The notes under the pieces were generated by a model, which was not told the DNA's origin, made no database searches, and was given only the letters and a program-made list of their open reading frames with translations. 64,000 bases of DNA. Source: Octopus sinensis. Taxonomy: Eukaryota. The DNA is taken from assembly GCF_006345805.1 (NCBI RefSeq), contig NC_042997.1, positions 16,430,001 to 16,494,000 on the forward strand. Reading direction: 5' to 3'. This document shows, in pieces, positions 52,305-63,638 of the stretch (positions are counted from its first letter, which is position 1; every line of letters starts with the position of its first letter). The translations under genes and the position numbers were made by a program.

Positions 52305-53050
52305 GTTGGAGTGGCTGTGTGGTAAGTAGCTTGCTTACGAACCACATGGTTCCGGGTTCAGTCCCACTGCGTGGCACCTTAGGCAAGTGTCTTCTACTAT
52401 AGCCTTGGGCTGACCAAAGCCTTGTGAGTGGATTTGGTAGACAGAAACTGAAAGAAGCCTGTTGTATATGTGTACATATATATATATGTGTGTGTGTCTA
52501 TGTTTGTCCCCCTCCCACAACATCGCTTGACAACCGATGCTGGTGTGTTTACGTCCCTGTAAATTAACAGTTTGGCAAAAGAGACCGATAGAATAAGTAC
52601 TAGGATTACAAAGAAGTCCTAGGATTGATTTGCTCGACTAAAGGCAGTGCTCCAGCATGGCTGCAGTCAAATGACTGAAACAAGTAACAGAGTATGTAGG
52701 TGCAGATATGGCTGTGTAGTAAGAAGTTTGCTTCCCATCCATATGGTTCTGGGTTCAGTTCCACTGCATGACACCCTGGAGCAAGTGTTATCTATCACCT
52801 TGGGCTGATCAAAGCCTTGTGGGTTGATTTGGTAGATAGAAACTGAAAGAAGTTTCTATCTATGTATGTGTGTGTCTGTTTGTCTCTCATCACTGTTTGA
52901 CAACCATGTTGATGTATTTACATCCCCTAACTTTGTGGCTCCCTAAAAAAGATCAATAGAATAAGTACCAGGCTTTAAAAAAAATACTGGGGCCAATTCA
53001 TTTCCTCAAGATAGTGTCCCAGCATGGCTGCAGTCTAATGACTAAGACAT
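52305..53050 (+). mobile_element. Two tandem family B SINEs
   Basis: Heads at about 52305 and 52695; the second is more diverged. Confidence 0.85.
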
Positions 53051-53377
53051 GTACAAGATAAAGATATATCATGGCATCACGATGTTGATGATGTGATTGT
53101 TTATTTTTAAAATGACATTGTGGAGTAGGTGTGAGAGGCTAGATCTGGTGAGACCTGAGCATAATACAGGTAGAATATTGGGGCTGGATGTGGCTGGTTT
53201 AAATACTAAAGGGTTGAAGGCAGTTGCCTGGGGGGGCCCAATGGGTCTAGGTGTTACAATGTTTATGTATGCTGTTGTCATGTATGTAGGGGACCTCACT
53301 TCATTGTTTTGCCCTGGTGGTCTGTATTGCTGTTTACCCTTTCATTACCAACCCGGCTGAAACCAGCTCTGGCTCTG

Positions 53378-53671
53378 AGTAGCCTATTCCACTCAAAAGG
53401 TCCTTGAATAAGGGTTGTTTAAGGAATTTGAACAAAACACCCATGTTTCCAAAGGTAAATTATCCAAACCTCAAAGAATTCCTCTCAACAACGGCTATGA
53501 TGCTCCCCCACTACTTTTCATGATCAGATATGCACATATTGTCAACCACTAGGGACATGCTCAAATGGTTATGGTCAAGCAACTGACAAGCAAATTTGTA
53601 GTATTGAGCAGAATATTTGTTGTAGCCCATCTTTTATACCAAGACAAAACAATGTACATGATAACACTTCC
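53378..53671 (-). mobile_element. Inverted partial copy of the element at 54964-55506
   Basis: Reverse complement of 55012-55308, with only a few differences. Confidence 0.9.
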
Positions 53672-54084
53672 TTGTTTTCATAAGTTTTGAATTAAAATCT
53701 TCCACCAAACCTTAGTCCCAATTTATGTTCCTAACATTAGCTTAATGATAACTAAGTTGTCTTACTAAATTCTTTGTTGTATTTAAAGTAATCGAAAGAA
53801 ACACAGAGCATCTCAAAATAAATACAGTAACAAAAGGGTTAAGACAGCATTGGGAGGGTTTTATTCAATGTAGTCAGTCACAGACTAGTACTTGTTAAGT
53901 TAGTTTATTTGGATGAGAATTCAAGTTCATCTCCAAATAAGTTTACCGATAATGTCTATCTTTTTCAAATAGACATATTTATAGGGAAGGGAAGAGATAG
54001 TTAGGTGAATTGACTTCTAGTATATAAGTGGTTCTTATCTTATCAACCATAAAAGGCTTAGAAGCAGTCTCCTCTACCCAGGGT

Positions 54085-54440
54085 ATCATCATCATCATCA
54101 TTTAACATCTACTTTCCATGCTGGCATGGGTTAGATGGTTTGACCAGAACTGGTAAGTCGGAGAACTGTGCTAAGTTCCAGTCTGATTTGGCATAGTTTG
54201 TATGGCTGGATGCCCTTCCTAATGCCAACCACTCCAAGTGGGTAATGGGTGCTTATGTGCCACTGGCACAGGTGCTTTTATGTCCTATTGGCATGGCTGT
54301 TTTCATGTACCACTGGTACGGGTGCCCCACTGGCATGGATTCCAGTTATATGACACTGGCATCATCCACGACTACATTTACATTTGGGTTGATGAATCTT
54401 CTCAAGCATATCGTCAAAGCATATCGTCATTGGTCACTTG
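54085..54440 (-). mobile_element. RTE LINE 3' UTR fragment
   Basis: CATCATCATTTAACATCTACTTTCCATGCTGGCATGGG tail motif, shared with 9748-9800, 21765, 24880-24915 and 40586-40622. Confidence 0.75.
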
Positions 54441-54539
54441 TCATCACCTCCACTTCACCACTTCATCTCATGTTTTTCTAGGTCTCTCTACCTCTTCCAC
54501 AGGTTCCCTCTACAGTCAATATAACATAAAATTAACAAT

Positions 54540-55744
54540 CCTTTTTACTATAAGGCACAAGGCCAGAAATTTTGGAGTTGCTCAACTGGTACTTACGTTA
54601 TCAAGCCTGAACGGATGAAAGGCAAAGTTGACTTTAGTGGAATTTGAACTTAATGTAAACTTACAAGAAATGCTGCTAAGCATTTTGTTTGGTGTGCCAA
54701 TGATTCTGCCAATGGTTTCTAATTTTGGTACAAGGTCAGTAATTTCAGGGGAGGGGCTAATTTGATTACATTGACTCCAATGTTTAACTGGTACTTATTT
54801 TTATCTACTCCAGAAGGATTAATGGCAAAGCTAACCTTGGAATTTGAACTCAGAACATAAAGATGGATAAAATGTCACTAAGCATTTCCCCCGTGCTAAT
54901 GATTCTGTCAGCTTGCCTTAATGATAATAATAATAATAATAATAATAATTAATAATAATAATAGATGCAGTACCAGACAGTGGCTCTCATGGCTTCTTAT
55001 TTTAACTGTTTGGAAGTGTTATCATGTACATTGTTTTGTCTTGGTATAAAATATGGGCTACAACAAATATTCTGCTCAATACTACAAATTTGCTTGTCAG
55101 TTGCTTGACCATAACCATTTGAGCATGTCCCTTAGTGGTTGACGATATGTGCATATCTGATCATGAAAAGTAGTGGGGGAGCATCATAGCCATGTGTTGA
55201 GAGGAATTCTTTGAGGTTTGGATAATTTACCTTTGGAAACATGGGTGTTTTGTTCAATATCCTTAAACAACCCTTATTCAAGGACCTTTTGAGTAGAATA
55301 GGCTACTCGACCTGAAGAAAATTCTAACTGGGCCCCACCTGCAAAGTCATGCACCGTTTATCTTGATATGAGATTACTGTCGCACACATGGTTGTGATGC
55401 ATGTACCTGGTGTGCTCTTAATCAGATGAGTGGTCATGATGGGTATACTGGGCTTCGTATATTTTGCCCCAGTGTCACTTTGATGGTATGCACTGCTCTC
55501 TCACTCAATAATAATAATAATATTAATAATAGTTTCAAATTTTGCCACAAAGGTAGCTTTTTTGGGGAGGAAGGGCAAGTCAATTACATTGACTTCAGTA
55601 TTCAACTGGTACTTAATTTATCAACCCTGAAAGGATGAAAGGCAAAGTTGACCTTCATGGAATTTGAACCCAGAACATAGCGACGGGTGAAATACTGTTA
55701 AGCATTTCGTCCAGCATGCTAATAATTCTGCCAGCTCGCTGCCC

Positions 55745-55776
<32 letters not shown>

Positions 55777-56350
55777 GTTTCCAGTTTAGGTACAAGGTCA
55801 GTAGTTTTGAGAGGAAAGCGTTATTCCATAATTCTCAATACTTGACTGATACTTTATTTTATTGACTCTGTAAAGATGAAAGGCAAAATTGGTCTTTTGT
55901 GAATTGGATCCAGAATATAGAATGATGCAACTGAATTCTGCAAAATCTTCATTTCAATACTCTTCTATGTCCGCTATCTACTGACTGTCCTAATAATAAT
56001 CATTTGTAATTTAGGTATAAAGTCAGCAGTTTTGAGGGGTGGTGGGTGTTAGTCTGTATCATTGACCCCAGTACTTGACTGGTATTTTATTTTATTGACT
56101 TTGAAAGGATGAAAAGGCACAGTTGATCTTGGTAGGATTTGAGCTCAGAGCTCTAATATTACCAGGCAGTTCTCTGATTTTAGTCACAAGGCCTGAAATT
56201 TGACGGTAAGGAATAGTCAGTGGTATTTACTCTAGTAATTGCATCACCTCCAAGAATAAAAACAAAGCAACAAAGATGAGATTTGAACTCAGAATGTTGA
56301 GAATACTCTAAAACACTTTGTCTGATACCTTATGGATTCTGCCAATCCAC
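54540..56350 (-). mobile_element. Second cluster of decayed family A SINEs within (TAA)n tracts
   Basis: At least six diverged minus-strand bodies. Confidence 0.75.
54964..55506 (+). mobile_element. Non-LTR element 3' portion inserted into (TAA)n (R4/Dong-like by target preference)
   Basis: Non-coding 540-bp block with (AAT)n on both sides; the family assignment is an inference. Confidence 0.5.
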
Positions 56351-56504
56351 TATATTAATGATATGCACATTATTTAGGGGGTCAAGATTGAAAAAGAAAA
56401 ACAAAGGAAATTATTTGTTTCTAGTCTAGTTGGAAAGCTGCTTTTGTTTTATTTTCTTGCATTTCACTAGCCCATGAAGTAGATAGATAGATAGATAGAT
56501 AGAT

Positions 56505-56541
<37 letters not shown>

Positions 56542-57249
56542 AGAGAGGCATTGGGACAAGTGTGTGTATATTTGTGTGTGTCTGTGTTTTCTCTATTGCT
56601 TTTAGATAAACACAGCTGTATTTTTTTGTGAGAGGGAGAAGGGTGCAGCTTGACAAGTTCAGAAAGATTTGTGTATGTATGTATGTGTGTGCGTGTGTAA
56701 TAGTAGTGGTGATAGTTGTTGTTGGATAAATGAATGGATTTTGGATGAAGTGGAGAGAAATAGGATAGAGAAAATCAGCGGGGTGTTAGGAAGTGAGGTG
56801 TGGCTGGGTAAGGGTGGATGGAATAAGGTTTGGTGGCTGCTGCCTCTGTTGGGAGGTTGCTTGCGTCTGAAAATGTGCATGTGTGTGTGTACATGCGTGC
56901 ATGCATCTGTGTGTATGTGTGTGAGGGCGCATGCTGTGTGAAGGAAGAGGCCAAGGAATAGAGTAGAATGAGGTAGGTGGTGAGTGGAAGAAAACTGTAA
57001 GATTAATTACATGCCCAACCCACCCATGCAGCGCACATGTATGCGTGTTTGCGTATGTATTTTTATGTGTGCATGTGTGTGTGTGTACGTGCGTACCCTT
57101 CTCTCATTTTCTCTTATCACCCACCCCCACTGAATTACTCAGATTTCTTCTCCCTCTTTTACTACCTTCTCACCTTCAACTACCCACCCACCTGCCACCA
57201 CTCTTGTTTTCATGCAACCCCAAACTGCACCACTGTCTGTCATAGGATG

Positions 57250-58340
57250 AGAACCAAAATGCTGCAGAATTGTGTGTCATGTAAAACAGTAGCTGTCGTA
57301 GTGGTAACAGTAGTGGTGGTAGCAGTGGTAGTAGTATTATTAGTAGTAGTGATACCCATCCACCCCTTTTGTGTTTGGAAAGATTTGTCAAAATCCTTAT
57401 TATTTTGTTTGTTCTCACTGTTTTCCACCATCTGCTCCGGGTAATGATGGTACATGTGCTGGTGGTAGTAGTGGTGGTGGTGGCAGGGATAAAGGGTCAT
57501 GGTAGGAGTAATGGTGTTAGCAGTAGTGGCAAAGGTGGTGGTTGTACTGGTGATGATAATGGTGTTGTAATTTAACCCCAAGTTGGCCCTGACCAAACAA
57601 ACTCATGATCATAAGCATTTTGGCTGTGACCATCATGTCTTTCAGTAAAAGTGTATGTGACCCCATGATTGCATTATCCAATGTGCCCTTTATTAAGATG
57701 GTATAGTTTGAATTCAGGGAGATTTGTCCTATTTCTAGCAGACTGAGGGACCGCATAGAAGATATTTTTTTTATTGGGTTGTGGTGATAGTGTTGTTGTT
57801 GTTGGTGATGGTGGTTGTAATGTGCTTGGCAGTTCTGTTGTTAGTTGTACTGGTGATAGCGATTGAATTGACAGTTTCACTATTGCTGGTAGTGGAGGGG
57901 TTGGTGGTGATGGTGATTGTTAATTGGCAGTTCTGTTCTTGGCTGGGAGTGGTGGTGGTGAAGGTGACTGGCAGTTTTGTTGTTGAAGGTGGTGGCGGCG
58001 GTGGTGGTGGTGGTGGTGTTAATTATGACGATGATGGTGGTTGGACATTTAATTATTGCTGGTGGTGGTGGTGGTGGTGATTGGCAGTTCTGCTTATGAT
58101 GGTGGTGGTGGTGATGGGATTGGAAGTTCTATTACTACTTGGGTAGCACTGATGGAGATTGACAATTCTGCTATTGTTAGTGGTTGTGGTGGTGGTGGTG
58201 GTGGTAGTAATTGGCAGTTTTGCTATTTGTTGCTAGGGTCGTGGTGGTGGTGGTGGTGGTGATGATGAGGATTGGTAGTTATATCATTGCTGATAATGGT
58301 GTTGATAGTGATGCTTATTGGCAATTCTGCTATTGATGGT
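57250..58340. repeat. (GGT/GTA)n-rich low-complexity region with about 10 recurring ATTGGCAGTTCTG motifs
   Basis: Motif variants at about 57826, 57868, 57922, 57968, 58080, 58119, 58157, 58210, 58271 and 58317. Confidence 0.8.
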
Positions 58341-58736
58341 GATTGTGGTTTATGGTGGGTGATGCATCCATCTTTAAGCAAGGAAGAACAAAGAACTTAA
58401 CTGCTGGTTTATTGTCTGCTATTTGGTACTGGGAGCATACGCTGTTGACATCCCCTTACTCTTACATGGTTTTTTTTTTATTTTTAATTTACTCAATCAG
58501 ATTTGCCATTGGCATTTTTTTTATCAAGTCATTGTGATGTTTTGTGCTGATGTCTGTGTTGTGGCCTAGATACTTTAATCTTTTTCTGACTCAGTCCATG
58601 TAGTTCATAAATAGTTTCCATGAACCCAGAGTCGTTGTTTTTTAACCCTGGGTTATCTCTCAAGTGGACATGTGATTAAAGGTGCTTCTGTTGGAAACAC
58701 CCAGTCTTTTTATTACACATGCTGCAACCTGGATTA

Positions 58737-59323
58737 GATAATCCAATATGTTTTTTTTTAAGACTTAGGTGAAATTTGAGGGTGATTTGTTTTACTATTT
58801 CTAGCAGTTGAGACCACCCCCCCTCATTGGCTCAGTGATAATCCAATATGTTTTTTTTTAAAGACTTAGGTGAAATTTGAGGGTGATTTGTTTTACTATT
58901 TCTAGCAGTTGAGACCCCCCCCTCATTGGCTCAGTGATAATCCAATATGTTTTTTTTAAAGACTTAGGTGAAATTTGAGGGTGATTTGTTTTACTATTTC
59001 TAGCAGTTGAGACCCCCCCCTCATTGGCTCAGTGATAATCCAATATGTTTTTTTTAAAGACTTAGGTGAAATTTGAGGGTGATTTGTTTTACTATTTCTA
59101 GCAGTTGAGACCCCCCCTCATTGGCTCAGTGATAATCCAATATGTTTTTTTTAAAGACTTAGGTGAAATTTGAGGGTGATTTGTTTTACTATTTCTAGCA
59201 GTTGAGACCCCCCTCATTGGCTCAGTGATAATCCAATATGTTTTTTTTTAAAGACTTAGGTGAAATTTGAGGGTGATTTGTTTTACTATTTCTAGCAGTT
59301 GAGACCCCCCTCATTGGCTCAGT
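58737..59323. repeat. Six-copy 96-100 bp minisatellite
   Basis: Units start at 58737, 58837, 58936, 59034, 59131 and 59227; apart from a C-to-A interruption and a shorter A run in unit 1, differences are confined to poly-T/poly-C tract lengths. Confidence 0.95.
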
Positions 59324-59458
59324 GGCAGCACAATGCTTTTTAGGTGCTATATACAGTGATGACATTGTATAATGTGCAAGAATCGTCTTGTGTTTATTAT
59401 GGACATATTGTATACTAGAATTATCATGTGTATAATAATGGACATGCATACTAGAATT

Positions 59459-59740
59459 GGTGGCCCAGTGGTTAGGGCAGTGGACTCGCGGTTGTAGGAT
59501 CGCGGTTTCAATTCCCAGACTGGGCGTTGTGAGTGTTTATTGAGCGAAAACAGGGGGTGACGCTCCGGCAGGGGGTGGTGATCCCTGCTGTACTCTTTCA
59601 CCACTCTTTCTCCTGTTGGCCTGCTCGCTTAGCCAGCGGGGTGGCGTCATTCAAAGGCTAAAACAATGCGAACGCATTATGACCAGCGATGTGTAACAAC
59701 ATCTGATGGTCTGGTCGGTCACGTGATCACGTGACGTGAT
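59459..59740 (+). mobile_element. SINE related to family C with a different 3' half and a (CACGTGAT)n tail
   Basis: Head shared with 25319-25200; it diverges after CTCTTTCACCAC. Confidence 0.8.
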
Positions 59741-59844
59741 ATATATATATATACACACACACACAATATAGACGGCGGTGCATCAGCATGGCCGCAGCTC
59801 TGAGCTGAAACTAGGAAAAAAAAATATGTGTTACGAGTGTTTTG

Positions 59845-60085
59845 CTAGGTGTTGTTAATAAGGATATCTGCACTATTATTGTCCTGAACTCAGTATTTGT
59901 TATGGACTTGTGCAATAGAATTGTCCTGCCAGGTGTATTTATTGCAAGCATTTGCACTAAAATTATCGTAACTATTGCATTTATTAGGAACATGTGCACT
60001 AGAATATAGTGCATTTATTGTAAATTTGTGCCCTGTTATTGTCTAGTCTTTTGCATTTATTGTGGATATGTGCATCAAATTTTTC
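59845..60085. repeat. Old degenerate 42-bp tandem repeat, about 6 units
   Basis: Recurring ..TGCAC(T/A)...ATT(G/A)TC...(G)(T/C)ATTT; the first three periods are 42 nt. Confidence 0.55.
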
Positions 60086-60325
60086 TGGATTCAGTGTTCA
60101 AAAGCCATATTATGAATTGTCAGAATGATTAGAGATTTAGACAAAATGGTTGTAGTATTTAGTTAAGGCCTTTTATGTTCTGAGTTCAAATCAAACCAAG
60201 GTCAATTTATTTTTCATTTCAAAATTAAGTTCCAATCAAATATACCAATGATTTTGTATTTTTATTGAAATGTTTTTTGTATTTGTTTTGCAAGATTCCT
60301 GAATTGAAATTGTGTGTTGAAACAG

Positions 60326-60790
60326 ATATTGTTATATTTTGGGATGGTCATTTTTTTCTTTTACCAAGTAACCACATGCACTATATACTCATTCTTCACT
60401 TCAGTTTTATTATTGTTCTTATTCTAGTGTCCTTTAGCTGAAATCTTTCATCATACATCCTGCGACCTCTTCAGTGACTTCTCCATCCCAGGTATCTTCT
60501 GTTCTGTTTAGTCCATTCATCATATGTTCTGTGATCTCTTCAGTGACTCTCCATCTCATGTGTCTTCTCTTCTGTTCAGCCCATAAGTCCATTTCATGGA
60601 CTAAACAGAACAGGAGGAGACACATGGGATGGAAAGTCACTGAAGAGGCCACATGACGTATGATGAAAGATTTTAGACAACAGATACTGAAATAAGAACA
60701 ATTATAAAGCTTAAGTGTCGAATGAGTATACACTGCATGTATTTATTTTGAAAAAAAAAAAAAATGATGACCATCCCGATATATAATATT
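60326..60790. mobile_element. Palindromic MITE with a duplicated internal sub-repeat
   Basis: Long imperfect inverted arms (GGGATGGTCA..TATACTCATTC..AATCTTTCATCATAC..GTTTAGTCCAT), plus a second direct copy of the about 75-bp inner unit in the centre. Confidence 0.75.
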
Positions 60791-61841
60791 TTTATTGAAT
60801 TTATAATAGAAAAAGAAAAGTTTTTATTCAATGTTGTTCCAGTCTGTTTCAGTAGAAACTGTAGAAATAAGATGACTGTATAGATATAGTATTGAGTTAT
60901 TAACTTATGGATTGTGAGTTCAGCTTTACTGCTGGTATTTCTGTGTGTATTTAGGCAATATATATATTTTGACATTCACATACCTGGTTCATTCACTCAC
61001 CTGTCAAGAAAAGTTACAAGATTCACACGCATGCACGTGCATACGATGGTTTTCTTTCAGTTTCCATCTACCAAATCCACTCATAAGGCCTTGGTTGGCC
61101 CGAGGCTATAGTAGAAGACACTTGTCCAAGGTGCCTCACAGTAGGACTGAACCCGGAACCATGTGGTTGATAAGCAAGCTACTTAACACGCAGCCACTCC
61201 TTTCTTAAAACAAGTGGTGTTCATTTATCAAGCAAGCTTTAAGACATCTCACTACTGTATTGAGTTAATCAAATTGTGTGACTACACAGGAATGTATCTG
61301 GAAGGGAACCCATCATTTATATTATTCTTTTTTACTGGTCATGCTGGGGCACCACCTTTAAAGGGTTTAGTTGATTATGGTGACCTCAGTATTTATTTCT
61401 GTTTGGTTATTTTATTATTTCTGTTTTGTAAAATGGTTAAATTTGACCTTTTTAGCATAAAAGGTATAACTTACCACAGTAATTTATAGCAATATACACA
61501 AGCACAGACGCTCATATAAACAAGTCTACTCTTATATATACATATACATATAAATGAATGAAGGAAATTTGTTTGATGCAAGTTGTGTAGAAAGAAGGCC
61601 ATTTTATGCATATATAAATATACGATGGCACATTGTTTCCACCAACCAAATTTTTACTCACTAGTTGGTCAGCCTCACGCTACAGTAGAACACACTTTCC
61701 CAAACTGTTGCCTGCAGAATTGAATCTGGAATTTATACGACCATGAAATAAGCTTCTTAAATTATACAACCATGCCTGCACCTATTTTCAGTAAAATTAT
61801 ATGAATACAGAAAAACTTCTCTTGAGGGCATATAGTTCATA

Positions 61842-62113
61842 TTACTTACTTAAGGCCTTTATTTCCTATGGAGCATACATAGGCCATTGACAGTTTTTCT
61901 CCATTGTTCTTGATACTGGGATGTCTTCTCCCAGATCTTGTGGTATATGAACTGTCATTGAAGCTTCATTTTTCCAGATAGAAGTGTTGGCTCTGTGCAA
62001 GCCTATTTTTACTTCTGAGAAGAGGTGGTCCATACCAGGAGCTCATGCTCTGCTGGTACAGCACTCAAGGCCATTGAGGCACATGATCCACCATACCGCA
62101 ACAAGAACTAGAC
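61842..62113 (-). mobile_element. Short bipartite RTE derivative
   Basis: 5' part similar to 47344-47250; 3' end ..GAACAATGGAGAAAA..CTCCATAGGAAATAAAGG with an (AAGT)n tail, similar to 46846-46900. Confidence 0.6.
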
Positions 62114-62377
62114 ATTGTGATGGATAGTTCATATTAGTGGAAGATTACAACATTACATTTGAATTGTGATTCGTTCTGAGAACGAGATAATAGTGTGTGT
62201 GGTCCATGTGTATTGTTGGATGGTGAAGGAACAAGGAAGTTATGGATAAGAAATAGTGATGTGATTGTCATCAGAAAACATTGAAAACCTGCAAGCTGAT
62301 GTGAATATGTGGGATATGTATTTCACTCAACTGAAACTTAACATCTGTGTACACACTCTCTCTTTCTCATGCTCATA

Positions 62378-62899
62378 CCGTAAATCCCCAAGTATAGTCC
62401 GCCCTTGAGTATAATACGCAGGGGATTTTTAGGGGGCTGTACCTCTGAAAAACCTAAACCTTGTATATAATACGCACCCCTTCTCTAACTTGAGTCGTGT
62501 GTAATTAAGCCAGCAGCACCTAGTCAAACAAACACTTCCGTGCATGTGTAATACAATAATGGTGATGTTCTTAACTGTTATATGGAAATGTAAATATGTT
62601 TGCAAATTGTTTTTGTTACATGTTATTCTGTGTTCTGAATACTTTTATTTTAATAAATGTTGCTTACTGCAAGTTATGGATGATTCTTTTATGACTTCAT
62701 TGCTTTCAGGCTTAGCTTAATGTATTTTCGCGCCCGACATCACAAAATGCGTCTGAATAAACATTGCCAGACAGCAAATATAGACTTGGACATTGCTTAG
62801 AAAATATTTTTCATTTTTAACCTCGTGTATAGTACGCACAAGGGATTTTGACCTTTAAATTTTGGGGAAAAAATGCGGATTATACTCGAGGATTTATGG
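62378..62899. mobile_element. TcMar-Tc2/pogo-like MITE, 522 bp, TA TSD
   Basis: TA|CCGTAAATCC...GGATTTATGG|TA; inverted copy of 1623-2144. Confidence 0.85.
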
Positions 62900-63238
62900 T
62901 ATATAATACATATGCATTTTGTGTATTGGACATAATGATGATATTGTGTTTGTATGATTCAAATACATAAGCATTATGTTTGTGCTACATAATGCACACA
63001 CATACATCTATTTATGCATACATTTACTTGAACAAAATTGTGTGTGTGTGTGTGCATGTATAATATAGTATATTTAGGCCAATCCATTGATTTGTTACTC
63101 TGGAGTTTCCATTGCATGCAGCTGCTTCTTTGGACAAACGAGGCTAGGTCAGTCTGACTTGTCTTAAGATACTTAAATAGACTACTGCACCCTACATTTA
63201 TAATGAGTACTTCCAGATCATTATTCAATAATGTGTAT

Positions 63239-63638
63239 GTGGCTGTGTGGTAAGTAGCTTGCTAACCAACCACATGGTTGCGGGTTCAGTCCCACTGCGT
63301 GGCATCTTGGGCAAGTGTCTTCTGCTATAGCCCCGGGCCGACCAATGCCTTGTGAGTGGATTTGGTAGACGGAAACTGAAAGAAGCCTGTCGTATATATG
63401 TATGTATATATATATGTGTGTGTGTATATGTTTGTGTGTCTGTGTTTGTTCCCCTAGCATTGCTTGACAACCAATGCTGGTGTGTTTACGTCCCCGTCAC
63501 TTAGCGGTTCGGCAAAAGAGACTGATAGAATAAGTACAGGGCTTACAAAGAATAAGTCCCGGGGTCGATTTGCTCGACTAAAGGCGGTGCTCCAGCATGG
63601 CCGCAGTCAAATGACTGAAACAAGTAAAAGAGTAAAGA
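63239..63638 (+). mobile_element. Young, near full-length SINE family B
   Basis: CpGs are largely intact; tail CAAGTAAAAGAGTAAAGAG. Confidence 0.9.

Noticed and set aside
57780-58340. Mucin-like Thr/Pro-rich or Gly/Val-rich coding exon
   Set aside because: Frames shift between motif units and contain stops on both strands.
58737-59323. CRISPR-like appearance of regular repeats (also 57820-58335)
   Set aside because: The 58.7-kb array has no unique spacers, the 57.8-kb spacers are simple triplet repeats, there are no cas genes, and the context is eukaryotic.
24937-63638. tRNA genes at SINE heads (25319, 46844, 48515, 49860, 59459, 63239)
   Set aside because: A and B boxes are present, but there is no complete cloverleaf or acceptor stem and each runs into a repeat body; these are SINE heads.
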